A program made the translations under genes and the position numbers. Below the pieces are notes generated by a model. The model had not been told where the DNA came from. It saw only the letters and a list, made by a program, of their open reading frames with translations, and made no database searches. From positions 32,001 to 96,000 of the forward strand of contig CAVYSE010000003.1 in assembly GCA_963771075.1 (NCBI GenBank): a DNA stretch of 64,000 nt. Direction: 5' to 3'. Shown here one piece after another: positions 10,240-21,243 of the stretch (positions are counted from its first letter, which is position 1; each line of letters begins with the position of its first letter). The DNA comes from a candidate division FCPU426 bacterium. Its GTDB lineage: Bacteria; Oederibacteriota; Muellerivitia; Muellerivitales; Muellerivitaceae.

Positions 10240-11079
10240 TTATGAAATAAGCGAGGATGTCTTTAAAAATATGTTAATTCGTTTGCCCACTTCTTCCGGT
10301 CTTTCATGAGCCAGAAGATGTCCCGCCCCTGCAAGACACTCAATCTTGGCGTTAGGGCAGTTTTTACGAAATGCCTCCTGGCTGTTTTTCGAAAAAACGT
10401 TGGAATGTTCGCCCCATAAAACAAGTGTCGGAACCCTCAAATGACGAACTGAGCGCCAAACATTCGTCGGGATGGTTTGGTAAATTCGGGCCTCCCATTC
10501 AGGCGGATAGGCCAATTCCACTCCCCCTCCAGGGGAGGGACAGGTGATACTTTGGGCGTAAGAGCGAACTGTTTCCCGGGGCCAGAGTTTAAACAAGGGC
10601 TTTTCCTTGAAATAGAGAAAGGCCTCCCGACGTGTCTTCCAATGCCGATGTCTTCGCAAGGCACCCTCAACCAATCCCTTGCGATATTCCCACCCAAATA
10701 TCCGCGCTATCCTTATGCGGAGCAACCGGGCCGGATCCAAAAGTGTCGGGTCCAATAGGATTAATCGGCTAAACAAGTCGGGTCTTTTCACCGCCGCATA
10801 AAGGGTCACGACGCCCCCCAAGCTATGGCCAACCGCGGGAATATTTCGGGCGCGAATGGAGTCTAATCCTCTTATTAAATCGTCCGCGAAAAGACCCCAA
10901 TGTTTTAACTGGGCAGGATCCGCCCGAGGCCAAAGCGGGCGGACTCTCAACGACACTACTTGATATTCTCCCCGAAGTGGCCGGAAAACCTTTTTATAAG
11001 TGGGTGGAAGAAAACCATTGGCGTGCGAAAGGTGCAATATCGGTTTAGAGGATTTGCGGCAGAAGTGGTAAAAGTCCAA
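10240..11079 (-). CDS. Alpha/beta hydrolase
   Basis: HANGF oxyanion region, GHSLGG nucleophile elbow, AGHLL catalytic His. Confidence 0.85.
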   Translation of the reverse strand: MDFYHFCRKSSKPILHLSHANGFLPPTYKKVFRPLRGEYQVVSLRVRPLWPRADPAQLKHWGLFADDLIRGLDSIRARNIPAVGHSLGGVVTLYAAVKRPDLFSRLILLDPTLLDPARLLRIRIARIFGWEYRKGLVEGALRRHRHWKTRREAFLYFKEKPLFKLWPRETVRSYAQSITCPSPGGGVELAYPPEWEARIYQTIPTNVWRSVRHLRVPTLVLWGEHSNVFSKNSQEAFRKNCPNAKIECLAGAGHLLAHERPEEVGKRINIFLKTSSLIS

Positions 11080-11091
11080 TGGATTCAGCCG

Positions 11092-12359
11092 TCAGGCTGT
11101 GTTCTCGCCCCGGCCCTTCTGATAGACCAGGATGGGTTCTTCTTTTTTTAGGATAACACCTTCGGTAATGACGGTTTCCTTGATGTCTTTACGGGAAGGA
11201 ATCTCATACATCAAATCCATCATGACGTCTTCCAGGATCGCTCTTAAACCCCTGGCACCTGATTGGCGTTTAATGGCTTCCCGGGCGACCGCCTGCAAGG
11301 CCTCGGGGGTGAATTTCAGTTTCACATTCTCCATCTCGAAATAACGGTGATACTGCTTGGTCAAGGCATTCTTAGGTTCGGTCAAAACGCGTACCAAAGA
11401 ATTCTCGTCCAATTCGTTCAAAGCCGCCATAACCGGGAGACGGCCAATAAACTCTGGGATCAACCCGAATTTGATGAGGTCCTCGGGCTGGGTCAAATCA
11501 AACAGCTCGCCCAACTTTTTTTCCTGACGGCTGAGGGTTTCTCCTTTGAATCCGATGGAACGCCGGCCCAAACGATTCTCGATGATTTTTTCCAGCCCCA
11601 CAAATGCGCCGCCACAGATGAATAGGATATTCGAGGAATCAACCTTGATGTATTCCTGGTGGGGGTGCTTACGACCACCTTGGGGGGGACATTGACCTCG
11701 GTCCCCTCGATGATTTTAAGTAGTGCCTGTTGAACGCCCTCCCCCGAAACATCACGGGTGATACTGGGATTTTCGGATTTGCGGCTAATCTTATCAATTT
11801 CATCAATATAAATAATGCCCCGTTGGGCTTTTTGGACATCGAACTCGGCGTTCTGGAGAAGCTTCAAAATAATATTTTCCACATCTTCGCCAACATAACC
11901 CGCCTCGGTGAGGGTGGTGGCGTCGGCCACGGCAAAGGGTACATCCAAAATGCGGGCCAGGGTTTGCGCTAGTAAAGTCTTTCCCACCCCCGTTGGGCCG
12001 ATCAAAAGCACATTGCTTTTCTGCAGTTCCACCTCTTGAGGCCCGGTCTTGACGGTTAAACGCTTGTAGTGGTTATGGACCGCAACCGAAAGGATGCGCT
12101 TAGCCTTTTCCTGGCCGATCACGTACTGATCCAGGACATCCTTGATTTCAACCGGACGCGGAATGGTCAAACGGGGCTTGGGAGCACCCGACTTGGGTTC
12201 CTCGGTCTTTTCCTCTTCCCTGAGAATGTCGTTACATAAGGCGACACACTCATTGCAGATGTAAACAGTGGGACCGGCAACGAGCTTTTTGACCTCTTCC
12301 TGGCTTTTACCGCAAAAAGAACATCTTAAAAGGTTTGTCTTGTCCCGGTCGCCAGGCAT
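11092..12359 (-). CDS. clpX: ATP-dependent Clp protease ATP-binding subunit ClpX (1-bp frameshift at G7 run 11682-11688)
   Basis: CSFCGK zinc finger, [16 protein letters not shown] and IDEIDK motifs; adding one base restores [13 protein letters not shown] and joins the [18 protein letters not shown]-terminal frame. Confidence 0.95.
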
Positions 12360-12369
12360 ATCGTTCCTT

Positions 12370-12970
12370 TTATTTTTTCTTGGATTCGGGTCGTTTGACC
12401 AGAATATCGTCGATGACCCCGTAGGTTTTCGCCTCTTCCGAGGACATGAAATAATCCCTTTCTACGTCCAATGCGATTTTATCCAGTGGTTTGACCGGTA
12501 TGGTGCGACAAAAGCTTGTTTAAACGTTCTCGGGTTTTAATAATTTCCTTTGCCTGAATCTCGATATCCGTGGCTTGTCCCTGGGCGCCGCCCGAGGGTT
12601 GATGTATCATGATCTGGGCGTTAGGCAGGGCGAATCTTTTTCCTTTCGCGCCAGAGGCCAGGAGCACCGCCCCCATAGAAGCGGCCTGCCCCACGCAAAT
12701 GGTGGAAACCGGGGCCTTCATGAACTGGATAGTATCGTAAATCGCCAGACCTGAAGTGACCACGCCCCCCGGGCTATTGATATAGAGATTAATATCCTTG
12801 TCCGGATCCTCCGATTCCAAAAACAACAGCTGGGCGATGATGGTATTGGCCACATCGTCATTAATGGGAGTTCCCAGCATGACGATGCGATCTTTTAACA
12901 GGCGGGAATAGATGTCATAGGACCTTTCCCCACGGTTAGTTTGTTCAACCACTATCGGTATGAGCGCCAT
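12370..12970 (-). CDS. clpP: ATP-dependent Clp protease proteolytic subunit (1-bp frameshift near 12491)
   Basis: [20 protein letters not shown] and IHQP motifs; removing one A restores [31 protein letters not shown] to TAA at 12370. Confidence 0.95.
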
Positions 12971-12992
12971 CCTATCCTCCGTTCTACTTGGG

Positions 12993-14276
12993 TTAAGCGG
13001 CTTCGATTGTGGCCGAGGAAATTAAAAAATCCAAGGTCTTTTCATATTGGATCCATTCCTTGACCGATTCGACGCGGTTTTGTTGTTGAAGATACTGTTT
13101 TACCGATTCGGGCGTTTGCTGAGAACCGGCGGCAATCCTGACCAAATAGGCGTCGTAATCCTTCGATTCGCAAACAATTTTTTCCGCATCGGATATTTTT
13201 TCTACTAAAAGGGCCATGTGAACGTTTTTCTGGGCCACAGGCCGAAGGGATTCCACGAATTCCTTCTTTTGGGCTTCAGTCCATTTGCCCGCATCCACGC
13301 CTTGGTTTTTCAGTTTTTCCACACCCTGTTGGATTAATCGCTGCTGTTCCAAAATCACCAGGGAGAGGGGTACCTCGATTGGATGGTCCGCCATCAGCTT
13401 TTCGGCGATTTGTTCTATCATCTTAGTTCGTTGTTCCACTTCCTTATGAGTCTTCAAGTCAATCGCTACCCTTTCTTTCATCTCCTTAAGCGTTGCGAAC
13501 TTGCCTACTTTCATGGCGAAAGAGTCATCGAGGTCGGCCAATTTCTTTTCTTTGATATCTTTAATGGTCACAGTGAATTCGGCCTCTTTGCCCTGGATCT
13601 TTTCGTTCCCGTAACCCTGAGGAAAGGTGATCTTGAAGACCTTTGTCTCTCCCTTCTTCAAACCAATAAGATTCGTCTCAAAATCTTTCAATAGGCTCGC
13701 GCTCCCAAGGAGGACCGGATACCGATTGGCTTTCCCCCCCTCAAAAACATTTCCGTCAATCCGGCCTTCAAAATCAATCACCACCAAATCGTCATTTTGG
13801 GCCGATCGAGCCTCAACGGGGATAAAATCCGCCTGCTGTTGGCGGATAGTTTCGATGGTTTTGTCCACTTCCTCCGCATCCACGCTGGTTTTTTCTTTTT
13901 TGACCTTCAAACCCTTATATTCTTTCAAAATGAAAACCGGCTTCACTTCCACGGAAGCCATTATTTTCATTGAAGAGCCTTCTTCAAATTGATAGTGCGT
14001 GATGCGAGGCTGGGCCACAGGATCAATCTTCTTTTCAATTAATGCTTCCCTAAGAAACTCGGGCAATTGATGTTGAACCATTTCGTCGCGAACATTTGTT
14101 TTATATTCTTTTTTTACGACATTCAATGGCACCTTCCCCTTGCGGAATCCCGGCAATTTGGCTTCCCGGGTTATTTTCGAGTAAATTTCATCCACTCTTT
14201 TTTGGACTTCCTCCGTCGGGATTTCGACCTCGATTTCCCTGGCACAACTGGAAACTTCGTTCACGTTGACTTTCAC
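12993..14276 (-). CDS. tig: Trigger factor
   Basis: [10 protein letters not shown] ribosome-binding signature and FKBP domain; GTG start at 14276 with AAGGAG RBS; tig-clpP-clpX synteny. Confidence 0.95.
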   Translation of the reverse strand: MKVNVNEVSSCAREIEVEIPTEEVQKRVDEIYSKITREAKLPGFRKGKVPLNVVKKEYKTNVRDEMVQHQLPEFLREALIEKKIDPVAQPRITHYQFEEGSSMKIMASVEVKPVFILKEYKGLKVKKEKTSVDAEEVDKTIETIRQQQADFIPVEARSAQNDDLVVIDFEGRIDGNVFEGGKANRYPVLLGSASLLKDFETNLIGLKKGETKVFKITFPQGYGNEKIQGKEAEFTVTIKDIKEKKLADLDDSFAMKVGKFATLKEMKERVAIDLKTHKEVEQRTKMIEQIAEKLMADHPIEVPLSLVILEQQRLIQQGVEKLKNQGVDAGKWTEAQKKEFVESLRPVAQKNVHMALLVEKISDAEKIVCESKDYDAYLVRIAAGSQQTPESVKQYLQQQNRVESVKEWIQYEKTLDFLISSATIEAA

Positions 14277-14308
14277 AAGATCTCCTTGAGTGTTTTCTAA
14301 AGAATAAA

Positions 14309-14393
14309 TGGTGCGAGGGGGGGGAGTCGAACCCCCATGGGTTACCCCGCCAGATCCTAAGTCTGGTGCGTCTGCCAGTTTCGCCACCCTCGC
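14309..14393 (-). tRNA. tRNA-Leu(UAG)
   Basis: GCGAGGG/CCCTCGC acceptor stem, CCAGA-CTTAGGA-TCTGG anticodon arm, long variable arm, GTTCGAC T-loop, encoded CCA. Confidence 0.95.
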
Positions 14394-14824
14394 TTAAAAA
14401 ATTTAATTAAAGGAAAGTGGCACGTTCCAAAATCCTTTATTAATTTATTATGTCCTTTATGGGACGCCACCCGCGCCCTGATCCACAGCAAAATTTCGTT
14501 TGCTCCTTAAATTTAAGGAGGGTGGCATAAAACCAATCCCCTAAACTTTAATCCCAAATGGGGTGTAAAACCCCCGCAAATCGTTTGGCAAAATACATTA
14601 TCGCCAAAATCAGGAATTAGAAGGGCAGCATCACCTTAACATGCTTATTTGAAGCTTTTAAGCCTCTCAAAGAATGAATTTCCAACATTTCAATCGGGAA
14701 TATCTTAAACGAGCCCAAAGCTGCACGCAAATGAAGAGGCGACATTTTGGCTAAAATTAGCTGGCTTTCAAGTGTATAAAGGTCTAAGAATATTTATAAA
14801 GAATCGGTTTCAAGAGGTTGGCCC

Positions 14825-16423
14825 ATGAGCGAAACATCCCAAGTCGATTTGGTGATCCTAGGCGGTGGCATCAACGGCGCGGGAACGGCTTATCAGGCCG
14901 CCCAGGCGGGTCTTTCGGTCGTCCTTTTCGAGAAGGGTGATTTCGGTTCTGGGACCTCCAGTAAATCCACTAAACTGATTCACGGTGGCATCCGATACCT
15001 GGAACAATTCCGCTTTTCGCTTGTTTTCGAGTCTTTGAGGGAACGTTACCGGCTCCTCCAAACCGCACCCCACCTAGTCCAACCTCTTTCCTTCTTGTTG
15101 CCCTGCTATGAGGGTGACCGCAATCCTCCATGGATGCTCAAAATCGGTCTTTGGCTTTATGATGTCTTAGCGGGGTCTCACCGGATTGCTTTTCACCAGT
15201 GGTTTTCCAAAAAAAAATCCCTTCAGATCGCCCCTTTTTTAAAACCGGAAGGTCTGAAGGGTTGCGGCCTTTATTTTGACGCTCAGGTCAATGACGCCCG
15301 CTTGGTTCTGGAAAATATACTCGGAGCCGAAGAAAACGGAGCTATTTGTTGGAACTATCGGCCAGTCACACAACTAGACAAGACAGACGATGGTTATCAC
15401 GTCTTTTATAAGGATAAAAAAACTGGAAAGACGGGGGTTGTTAAGGCCAGGTGTTTGCTTAACGCAACCGGTCCATGGGCCAACCAGACATCCAAAATTT
15501 TGGGAGAGGATGGGGTCGTGCTGGTTAGGCCCACCCGGGGAAGCCATATCGTGGTACCACAGGTGATTCCAAATCACGCGGTTCTCATTACTACCCCGAA
15601 GGAAAACCGGATTATTTTCATTATTCCTTGGCAGGGTTTCAGCCTTGTGGGAACTACCGACTTGGATGACACGGTTGATCCGGATCAAGTCAAACCCGCC
15701 GAGGAGGAAATCCAATACCTTCTGGACCAGGCCAGCCGTGTTTTCCCGGGTCAAACCTGGGAAAGGAGCCAGGTCATTTCCGCCTTCGCAGGGCTCCGCC
15801 CCCTCGCCTTTTCAACGGGAAACAGCACTTCCTCCGTTTCCCGGGAAGACCGCATCCTTTCGGAAGGCCGTTTGGTGACCATTATTGGTGGAAAATTGAC
15901 GACTTACCGTTCCATGGCCCTAAAAGCCCTCCATAAAATCATCACGATACTTGGAACCAAGACTATTCTCCCCCTTTCCATTCGCCTTCCCGGAACACCT
16001 ATGATGCCCTGGGCCGAGTTTTTGATCCATCAAACCAACCAGGCCCGTGAGAAATATTCCCTGACTCCAGAAACAGCGGAACATTTAGTCAGGTTATATG
16101 GCCAAAGGGTTGAAAAGATTTTTGAACTTTTGGATGAAAATCCCAACTGGACCGAAAGACTTCACCCCAATCGCCCCGAAATACTGGCCCAGGTCGTCCT
16201 CGCGGTTCGCTATGAGAAGGCCCACCATTTGGAAGATGTCCTTTTAAGGCGCCTGGAGATCGGTTATAGCTCGGAACGCTGGGGAGAAGCCTCCCAAAAA
16301 ACCGCTCTTTGCATGGGTGCCCTATTAGGATGGCCGGAAATCCAGGTGAAAGAAGAATTATCCCGTTATCGCCATAAGCTATTCCCTTCACCTGCTGATG
16401 ATCCCTCGGATAATCATGTCTAA
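14825..16423 (+). CDS. glpD: FAD-dependent glycerol-3-phosphate dehydrogenase/oxidase
   Basis: GGGINGAG, GTSSKSTKLIHGGIRYLE, AGLRPL and GGKLTTYR motifs. Confidence 0.92.
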   Translation: MSETSQVDLVILGGGINGAGTAYQAAQAGLSVVLFEKGDFGSGTSSKSTKLIHGGIRYLEQFRFSLVFESLRERYRLLQTAPHLVQPLSFLLPCYEGDRNPPWMLKIGLWLYDVLAGSHRIAFHQWFSKKKSLQIAPFLKPEGLKGCGLYFDAQVNDARLVLENILGAEENGAICWNYRPVTQLDKTDDGYHVFYKDKKTGKTGVVKARCLLNATGPWANQTSKILGEDGVVLVRPTRGSHIVVPQVIPNHAVLITTPKENRIIFIIPWQGFSLVGTTDLDDTVDPDQVKPAEEEIQYLLDQASRVFPGQTWERSQVISAFAGLRPLAFSTGNSTSSVSREDRILSEGRLVTIIGGKLTTYRSMALKALHKIITILGTKTILPLSIRLPGTPMMPWAEFLIHQTNQAREKYSLTPETAEHLVRLYGQRVEKIFELLDENPNWTERLHPNRPEILAQVVLAVRYEKAHHLEDVLLRRLEIGYSSERWGEASQKTALCMGALLGWPEIQVKEELSRYRHKLFPSPADDPSDNHV

Positions 16424-16554
16424 TGGGTATTGGTCACCGTTATTACCTTGATATTTCCCCCGTTCTTATTGACTTATTTACCTGTGAAAACTTAAGTTAA
16501 CTTCTCTTCTCGAACGAATCCGTCAACATCGCATTTTATTTTTGGAGGAATCCC

Positions 16555-17481
16555 ATGGAAAAAGTCGTCATCATCGGATCAGGCCCTGCTGGCTATACGG
16601 CGGCCCTTTACACATCCCGGGCCAACTTGAACCCTTTATTGATTGACGGCCCTCAACCGGGCGGCCAATTGACAACCACCACCGAGATCGAGAATTTCCC
16701 AGGTTTCCCGGAGGGCATTCAAGGTCCGCAACTAATGGAAAATATGAAACAGCAAGCGGCTCGATTCGGCACCCGCTATAAAACCGGCCTGGTTACTAAA
16801 ACCGATCTATCCAACCGTCCTTTCAAAATATGGGTGGATGAAACCGAAATGATTGAAACTGAGGCCCTCATCATCGCCACCGGAGCTTCCGCTAAATACG
16901 GTGGGGTACCCCGTGAGACCGAATTGATCGGCCGGGGCGTTTCCGCCTGCGCGACCTGTGACGGCTTTTTCTTCAAGAACCACGATATCGCGGTGGTGGG
17001 GGGAGGAGATTCAGCCATGGAAGAGGCCGGTTTTCTCACCAAATTTGCCAATTCAGTCACGCTCATCCATCGGCGTGAAGAATTCCGGGCTTCCAAGATC
17101 ATGTTGGAGCGGGCAAAGGCCAATCCCAAGATCAAGTGGATGATGAACACGGTCATTACCGAATTGTTGGGAGACCAGGAGCTTACCGGAATGAAGGTGA
17201 AAAATGTCAAAACCAATGAGAAAAATACCCTGTCCCTAACGGGTCTCTTTTTCGCCATCGGGCACAAACCCAATACTGATATATTCAAGGGTCAATTGGA
17301 TATGGACGAGGTGGGATACTTGAAACTTCCCAAACCACCCTACACGATGACGAACATCCAGGGTGTTTTTGCGGCAGGTGACGTGGCGGACCACTACTAC
17401 CGCCAGGCGATCTCAGCGGCGGGTATGGGGTGCATGGCTGCGATTGAGGCCGAGCGCTGGTTATCCGCCCAGGAAAAGTAA
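16555..17481 (+). CDS. trxB: Thioredoxin-disulfide reductase
   Basis: GSGPAG, CATCDG, GGGDSAMEEA and FAAGDV motifs; GGAGG RBS. Confidence 0.95.
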   Translation: MEKVVIIGSGPAGYTAALYTSRANLNPLLIDGPQPGGQLTTTTEIENFPGFPEGIQGPQLMENMKQQAARFGTRYKTGLVTKTDLSNRPFKIWVDETEMIETEALIIATGASAKYGGVPRETELIGRGVSACATCDGFFFKNHDIAVVGGGDSAMEEAGFLTKFANSVTLIHRREEFRASKIMLERAKANPKIKWMMNTVITELLGDQELTGMKVKNVKTNEKNTLSLTGLFFAIGHKPNTDIFKGQLDMDEVGYLKLPKPPYTMTNIQGVFAAGDVADHYYRQAISAAGMGCMAAIEAERWLSAQEK

Positions 17482-17528
17482 AATTACAAAGTTTGAACCC
17501 ACCCGTTGAGCTTTTCGCTTCTCCCGCC

Positions 17529-18179
17529 TTATTTTGGGGGAAGCTGTAATTTGGGCGGAAGATGCAATTCCGTCTTTTGAACGATCGGCGGGGTATCCTT
17601 GAGTTCCCTATCCGTTTCCGCTTCGGGCAGGCTTAACCGCATCGAATCCAATTCATCCAGATTGGTCTTGAGAGCCCGACAAAGGGTTTCGTTGGATTTG
17701 GAAATCTCAAACTCACGGTAGGCTTTTTCAAGCGGATCCTGGCTTTCCATTTTATGGTAAAAATTTTCGGAAGCTTGATGTCCTAACCCGATTCCAATCC
17801 CCTCAATCGCCATTCGCTGCCATCTTTTGATACGGTAATAAAAGTCGTGTTCATGTGAGTGTTCAAAAATTTTTTGCCCTTCCTGGATCAAAAAACCGAG
17901 GTAGGCTTTGAAAAAGTTGACCGAAGTCTTGTCAAAACTTTCTTTTTGTCTTAAGGAATGCTCGATAAAACCCGCCCCCATTAGGGCCAGCCAAGCGATG
18001 ACCCATGCATACCAGGGAACCCAGGCGGCCCATTTGGAATCAAAATCGGGATTGGCGGAGGGTTGAGCCATGGACAGGATGATCCAACCGATCTGTAAAA
18101 GCCCGAGGGCGATAACGTAAAAGGGGCGTGGTAGGGCCGCTAAGATGATTCCCAAACGCACTTTGATCCATTTAGGCAT
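17529..18179 (-). CDS. Hypothetical membrane protein
   Basis: 216-aa ORF with two N-terminal TM segments and a helical soluble domain. Confidence 0.6.
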   Translation of the reverse strand: MPKWIKVRLGIILAALPRPFYVIALGLLQIGWIILSMAQPSANPDFDSKWAAWVPWYAWVIAWLALMGAGFIEHSLRQKESFDKTSVNFFKAYLGFLIQEGQKIFEHSHEHDFYYRIKRWQRMAIEGIGIGLGHQASENFYHKMESQDPLEKAYREFEISKSNETLCRALKTNLDELDSMRLSLPEAETDRELKDTPPIVQKTELHLPPKLQLPPK

Positions 18180-18230
18180 AACGGGATTGTAGCGAACGGC
18201 CCTCCAATAGGAAACAGGGCAACACCCGGA

Positions 18231-19358
18231 TTAAAAGAACCTGGCGGATGCGAAAATGCCGGGCCCCGAAAAATCCAAACTCGTATTAGGACTATCAGCG
18301 ATTTGATTGGGGATGGGCGCGCTGGAGGTGCCATTCGTACTAGAGGTATAGGTCACCGACGCGAAAGACAAATATTGATAATAGACCCCAAAATCCAATG
18401 CCCACGTTTTTTGGGCGTCCATCATGAATTCAAGGCCCAAGGATGCCTGGACTCCCGGGGCGGAACCTCCCAGGTTTCCTGTTGCGGAGTACAAACCTGA
18501 AGCCCTGGCATACCCCATGAGTGCGTAATACCCGCCCTCAACAGAACCTATTAAATTAACCCCATCATCAACCGGCAGAATCCCTTCCGCCCTAACCGCT
18601 CCACCGATCGCGTTCTCTACGAAGCTTTGATCCAGGACATCCGCGAAATTAAGGACCTCGGTCATTTTATAAAGATATTCAAAGCGGACTCCGAGTTGAA
18701 AATTCTGGGACAAAGCGTAAGCCACTCCCAGGTTGAGGTTCGTACCGAATGGGACATCATAGTTTGAAAGGTCAACGTTGTATAAATTGGACAGATCGTC
18801 CCAACTCGCTAGCCAAAGGGTCCCCCCACACTCAAGATTTAGCTCTCCCTGCTTGCGCAGGTTAATGTTAATTCCTGCCGGAATGGGCGTGGGAGTTCCG
18901 CTGACAACGACCCGGGCATTGGGGTTGATCTCGGTTGCAATCGGGGTTGCGGTTGCGATGGGGGCTGCCGCTACTGGTGCGGTGCCTGGAACCGGTGTCG
19001 TCGATGGAACTACCCCCCTAATTTTTTGATCGTATTGGGCCAAAGTAGGGTTGTTTGGATTGATCCGCAGGCTTTGGTCGAGGGCTTGCAAGGCCTGGGA
19101 GTAGTTTTTCTCACGACAATAGCAATAACCCATCAATTGGTAAGCTTGCCAAAAATCGGGGTTTAACATAAGCGCGTATTTGCACTGTTGGATTGATTGA
19201 TCAAATTGCCCCAGTTGGTAATACTGGGCCGCCGGTTTGTAATAGTCCTCCGCAGTGTAGGCAAGCAGTGTGATGGGAAGAGTTAAAAAAAACCCGAAAA
19301 GAAACAAGACTCGAATCGATATGCGTCCGTTATTACCTTGGCGGTTTCTCATAAACAC
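18231..19358 (-). CDS. Exported TPR protein with Pro/Thr linker and C-terminal OmpW/OMP-like beta-barrel
   Basis: Signal peptide, 2-3 TPRs, TPVP/TATP linker, amphipathic strands ending SARFF. Confidence 0.65.
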   Translation of the reverse strand: MFMRNRQGNNGRISIRVLFLFGFFLTLPITLLAYTAEDYYKPAAQYYQLGQFDQSIQQCKYALMLNPDFWQAYQLMGYCYCREKNYSQALQALDQSLRINPNNPTLAQYDQKIRGVVPSTTPVPGTAPVAAAPIATATPIATEINPNARVVVSGTPTPIPAGININLRKQGELNLECGGTLWLASWDDLSNLYNVDLSNYDVPFGTNLNLGVAYALSQNFQLGVRFEYLYKMTEVLNFADVLDQSFVENAIGGAVRAEGILPVDDGVNLIGSVEGGYYALMGYARASGLYSATGNLGGSAPGVQASLGLEFMMDAQKTWALDFGVYYQYLSFASVTYTSSTNGTSSAPIPNQIADSPNTSLDFSGPGIFASARFF

Positions 19359-19443
19359 TCCCTGGTTAATTTAGGTGTTATTCCCATTAGCTCAAAATCC
19401 AAACGCACTCATTTTTTCATAAAAGGTCCTGCCTGAAAACCCT

Positions 19444-20034
19444 TTAATTTCCCAAGGTCACCCATTGGCTATTGGCCAAGTCCACCCCTATCACCATGGT
19501 GTTGTTGCTCGATTCGGTGAATTCCTTGGGATTCAAACCTTTTAAGATGATCTTGTATATGCCGTATTTGATGGGTTTGGCGGAAGCTGAAAAAATCTCC
19601 GCCCAACCCGGGTCAAAGAGGTAATAGGCATTATTAGGTTTTTTCGCGTCGATCAGGTAAGCCTTACCGCTTAAACACCAAAATGAAAGTGTTGTTCCGT
19701 TCAAAGTCTTGAAATAACCGGAAAAATTGGTATCCGGATTATAAAGTTGAAGGTTATTGAACCTTTTCAACAAAGGCTTATTTCCAGTATAGACCGTCCG
19801 TTCCTCGATGGGTTTCCCTTCCGAAAAAATACCAGAATCCTTCATTTCCAACAGGAGCGCGGGCAAATTCTCATTAAACGTAATAATCTTGATCGGGTGA
19901 GCTTGGATGATCGTCCCCGTGGCGGGAGTCGGCTTTGCAGGTTGAGAAGGTATATTTTGTGAATAGTTTTTTTCAGGAATCGCCAAGGCCACCAACTGCA
20001 ACAGGAATAAAAATATAAAACGCTTCATGACCAC
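19444..20034 (-). CDS. Hypothetical exported protein
   Basis: MKRFIFLFLLQLVALA signal peptide; 196-aa ORF. Confidence 0.55.
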   Translation of the reverse strand: MVMKRFIFLFLLQLVALAIPEKNYSQNIPSQPAKPTPATGTIIQAHPIKIITFNENLPALLLEMKDSGIFSEGKPIEERTVYTGNKPLLKRFNNLQLYNPDTNFSGYFKTLNGTTLSFWCLSGKAYLIDAKKPNNAYYLFDPGWAEIFSASAKPIKYGIYKIILKGLNPKEFTESSNNTMVIGVDLANSQWVTLGN

Positions 20035-20100
20035 GCCTTTCTTAAAACTACCTGCCCTTCCCCATACATCTATCCTTTGATTTTAGCAAAAAGTAAATAT

Positions 20101-21222
20101 TTATTGATCGAACAATCTGTCCTGATTGGCCAAATCAGTGAAAAATCTCGCTTTCAACTTCCCCTCCTTCCATTCCCCCTCAGGGGTGGAATCCCAAATA
20201 ATACCTCCGCCGATGCCCAGCTCGCCCCGTCCGCCTTCCAACAAGAGGGTCCGGATGGGGATATTGAAATACATGTCTTTATTCGGTGTGATGTAACCGA
20301 TCGCGCCGGTGTAAATATTTCGCTTTTCCACTTCTATTTCCCGAATGATCTCCATGGCCCTGATTTTGGGTGCCCCAGTCACGGATCCAGATGGAAAAAG
20401 GGCTTTAAAGAGATCGTAAACCCTTATGTTCGCGTTAATTTCAGCGCCAATGGTCGATGTCATCTGAAAAAGGGTCTTATAGGAAGCCACCTCGAAGAGC
20501 CGGGGGACACGGACTCCCTTTCCGATCCTCCCCAGGTCATTTCTCAAAAGGTCGGTGATCATGACGTTCTCCGCCCTGTTCTTTTCATCCCGTTCGAAGT
20601 TTCGCCTGGCCCACAGGTCACGGAAGAAACCTTTCTCCCTGGGCCAAGTGCCCTTCATGGGTTTGGTGGTGATGTAAGTTCCCCTCTTTCTCAAGAACAT
20701 CTCCGGAGAAAGGGAGAGGATGATCCGCTCCTTAGTTTCCAAATAAGCGGCGTAAGGCACTGGTTGCTGGTGCAGCAGGGTTTGGTAAAGTGAAAAGGGG
20801 TCGCCTTCAAAACCAAAATGGATCTTGAGGCAATAGGTGATCTGATAGACATCCCCGGCGGCGATGTAATCCCGAACGCGGTTGATGTTCCGGTCATAAT
20901 CCTTGCGGGTCATATTCAACCTCAGGCGGGTGATGTTCGTGGAAACAGGAATGGATAGAACCGGATTGGGTTTCTGATTTGGCGCTTCAAAAATGCCAAA
21001 GTAAAACAGGGGAAATGGATTCTTACGTTTGAAGGAGAATTTACCCTCGAAAGCGTAACCCGCCTCATAAGACAGGAAACCGGCGGCATAGAGGCCTTGA
21101 CTTAAGGCCCTTTCAAGCTCATTGAAGGCGTCAGGAATTCCATTGGGCTCATGGCAGGAGATGACGCGGATGGGATTGACGAATGCAAGGCGTGCTTGTT
21201 TGAAGTGAAATAGAATCCTCAA
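20101..21222 (-). CDS. pabB: Aminodeoxychorismate synthase component I (chorismate-binding enzyme)
   Basis: GDVYQI, SLSPEMF, KPMKGT, AENVMITDLLRNDLG and FPSGSVTGAPK motifs. Confidence 0.85.
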   Translation of the reverse strand: MRILFHFKQARLAFVNPIRVISCHEPNGIPDAFNELERALSQGLYAAGFLSYEAGYAFEGKFSFKRKNPFPLFYFGIFEAPNQKPNPVLSIPVSTNITRLRLNMTRKDYDRNINRVRDYIAAGDVYQITYCLKIHFGFEGDPFSLYQTLLHQQPVPYAAYLETKERIILSLSPEMFLRKRGTYITTKPMKGTWPREKGFFRDLWARRNFERDEKNRAENVMITDLLRNDLGRIGKGVRVPRLFEVASYKTLFQMTSTIGAEINANIRVYDLFKALFPSGSVTGAPKIRAMEIIREIEVEKRNIYTGAIGYITPNKDMYFNIPIRTLLLEGGRGELGIGGGIIWDSTPEGEWKEGKLKARFFTDLANQDRLFDQ

Positions 21223-21243
21223 TAAGGTTCCCTGATTTTCAAC

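Noticed and set aside
11682..11688. Programmed frameshift or phase variation in clpX
   Set aside because: Similar indels in clpP, smc and giant copy 2 point to consensus error
14277..14387. N-terminal extension of trigger factor in the ORF track
   Set aside because: It is the tRNA-Leu sequence; the true start is GTG 14276 with an RBS
14411..14490. c-di-GMP-I riboswitch (contains GGGACGC)
   Set aside because: Lacks the GCAAAC/GAAA P2 and CTAA receptor elements
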